64,000 bases of DNA, taken from assembly GCF_009914755.1 (NCBI RefSeq), contig NC_060929.1. The stretch is one strand, 5' to 3'. The position numbers were made by a program, and so were the translations under genes. Of this stretch, positions 61,901 through 64,000 are shown one piece after another (the stretch's first letter is position 1; each line of letters begins with the position of its first letter). The notes beneath the pieces are model-generated. The model made no database searches and was not told the DNA's origin. It saw only the letters and a list, made by a program, of their open reading frames with translations. The stretch is from the human T2T-CHM13v2.0 reference genome, Homo sapiens.

Positions 61901-62699
61901 AGCAGAGATGTCTGCAGAGGCAGTAACAAAATGACCCCAAAGACATCTTGACTCAGAGCACCAAATCCATTAGCAGGTAAAAGAAAATAACCTTCTAGGC
62001 GTGGTTGGCCATACATTCCTTTTGGTTTTAGCAGCATAAAACCCAGGAGATTTGAGTAAAATATGGGGAATGGGGAGGCGGAGAGAAGAGGCAGATTACA
62101 GGGGAAAAATTTGCAAAAGAGAAATCCATAAACTTGTCTTAGGGCCTGAACCACCTCTACATAATTTAGGCACAAAGGAGCCACTCTTGTTTATTTTTGT
62201 GAAATAGAAAACTTCATACAAGCTGTGTTTCCTCAGGGGCCTAAACACTAGTAAATCACTAGCTATATAGGACCTCCCATCTTTATTTAATTAGTCAAAA
62301 AGTGGGTTATGGAATGGAGATTGCTTCACCTTCAATAAATAAAACAGAAAAGTATTAAAAATTATAGATTCACACTTTTTTTTCTCCTCATGAAATCAAT
62401 GACAATGAACAAAGTGACTCTTTAGTATTTGTTATGAAGTCGATTGCTTTTAATGCATGTCAGGTAATCCTAAAAACAAATTCCACCAACCTTTGTGGGA
62501 AATATCAGACAAATTCTCACCACGAATATAAAAAAGCATTTTCACAAAGAGCTGTGTGTACTTTGCACAAGCACTGTAGGCTACCTTCCAAGCAGGGCAG
62601 TGCTGACATGCCCCACCTGCTGTTTATTCTCCTCCCACACGAGTCTATATCAATAGCAATGACCTGAGAAGATCAGATAAGCCTCAGAGACCCTTCAGA

Positions 62700-62788
62700 G
62701 ACATTCATTTGTTCATTAATTCACTCATTCACTCAAATCAAGTCTTCATTAAACACTTAATATGCACAAGACACGATGCTAGGCTCAG
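62700..62788 (-). mobile_element. L2 3' end
   Basis: cattcatttgttcattaattcactcattcactcaa...ttaaacacttaatatgcacaagacacgatgctagg. Confidence 0.7.
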
Positions 62789-63094
62789 GATGTCATCTAT
62801 TCACAAGTCTGCAAAGTTTTGCATTTTTTTCTCTGTTTGAAGTACTATCAAGGACACAACACCTCTCTGGGGGGACTGTTCTACTTAGCATTGGAAATTG
62901 CAGTGTGGCTCCACAGGCAAAGTAGATTACTAGTGATTAATAAAGATTGCTAGAGTCTAAGGGGGTTCTAAGTTCTCATTTATTCCAGAATGACCCTGGG
63001 ACCTCAATTTGAATATACGGATAATGGCAGAAATGTTTTCTGTCTTAGGAGTAATAATGCCAAATTTCTAACAAAAATGATGACTAAATGTGAG

Positions 63095-63350
63095 GCAGGG
63101 GAAGCAGTATGATGTCGTGGAGGTTGCTGAGGAGCCCTGGGTTCACAGGCTGGCTCCAGACTTGAGCTATGTATGCAGGGAAATCATTCAGCTTCTCTGT
63201 GCCTCAATTTGCACATCCTTAAACCAGGGATTGCAATGCTGTCCTCGAAGGTTATTGTGATGATCAAGTAAGATACCATGAAAGAAGTGCTCGGCATAAT
63301 GTCTGGCACATGGTAGGACCCAGATAGCACTGAATTAACAAACAAATGAA
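63095..63350 (+). mobile_element. MIR element
   Basis: ccctgggttcac...cttctctgtgcctcaatttgcacatc...ggttattgtgatgatcaagtaagata...gtctggcacatggtagg. Confidence 0.75.
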
Positions 63351-63825
63351 TACAAGAGCAGCCTGTGTAGAAACCAAGTAATAAGGAACTCCAAATGTGA
63401 AAACACAGCGTGTCTTTTTCTTCTTATACTTGCTCTCTTTTCTCTCTGGCTTGTGCAAAGATGGGCCGGGAGGGCCATGGGGGAAGATCCAGTGCTAGGA
63501 TGGTGGTTAATGGTGGCTTTTCTGGATTAATGTGGACACATGGGACGAAGTGGAAGTGTTCTCTGAATTGCTCACTCAAATAGGACAGTCCTAAGTCTAC
63601 AGAAATTCTAGAATTTCAAATATTCTTCCTCACAGACCCTTGTAATTACACTGAAGCAATTGTCCCACGTTTTAGTTTGGAAACTGTGGTTGCTGTTCAC
63701 TTGGATCTCTTCTGGAAACCAGGACCCTAAGATTTCTTCTAGTCACTCAGTGAATTTGTCTAATCATATTATCACCTTACTCTCCCTGCTGCCTTGTGTA
63801 TCTTCCTACTCTAGGAAATGATGCA

Positions 63826-63844
63826 GGGGTGGGGTGGGGTGGGG
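63826..63844 (+). other. Canonical G-quadruplex-forming motif (GGGGT)3GGGG
   Basis: Four G4 runs with 1-nt loops, read directly. Confidence 0.75.
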
Positions 63845-64000
63845 CATTACGTCATGTGCTCAGGCTCAGCCCTAGACAAAGAGCTTGGAGACATAACACC
63901 AGCTGTCTCTGAGGAACTTTCTCCCCAGCCTCTCCTCCCTCCCACATCACAATTTCACCTGCTCTGCTCCCAGATATTTTGGGAGATGCCATAGAAGATC

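Overview
This window looks like AT-rich, CpG-depleted, non-coding genomic DNA from a catarrhine primate (probably human), either intergenic or deep intronic. I found no credible host protein-coding exon, RNA gene, CpG island or CRISPR/prokaryotic system. The only ORFs that resemble known proteins are retroelement remnants: the L1 ORF2 C-terminus, the L1 ORF1 coiled coil and two decayed ERV-L dUTPase regions. The window is a layered record of transposable elements: three Alus, several L1 fragments of different ages, many MaLR/ERVL/ERV1 LTRs, MIR/L2 and hAT/Tigger DNA transposons, plus four microsatellites. Four structures stand out. (1) An AT-rich inverted duplication with arms of about 175 bp at 4273-4650 and template-switch junctions. 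(2) Two different THE1-type LTRs in tandem that share one 5-bp target-site motif, nested in a collapsed LTR-dUTPase-LTR ERV-L provirus (32305-35812). (3) A roughly 130-bp locally templated duplication (6945-7074 vs 8016-8146). (4) Several short palindromes that look like template-switch scars. Repeat subfamily names come from remembered consensus sequences and need RepeatMasker/Dfam confirmation; boundaries of old elements are approximate. I do not see evidence for a new biological system here.
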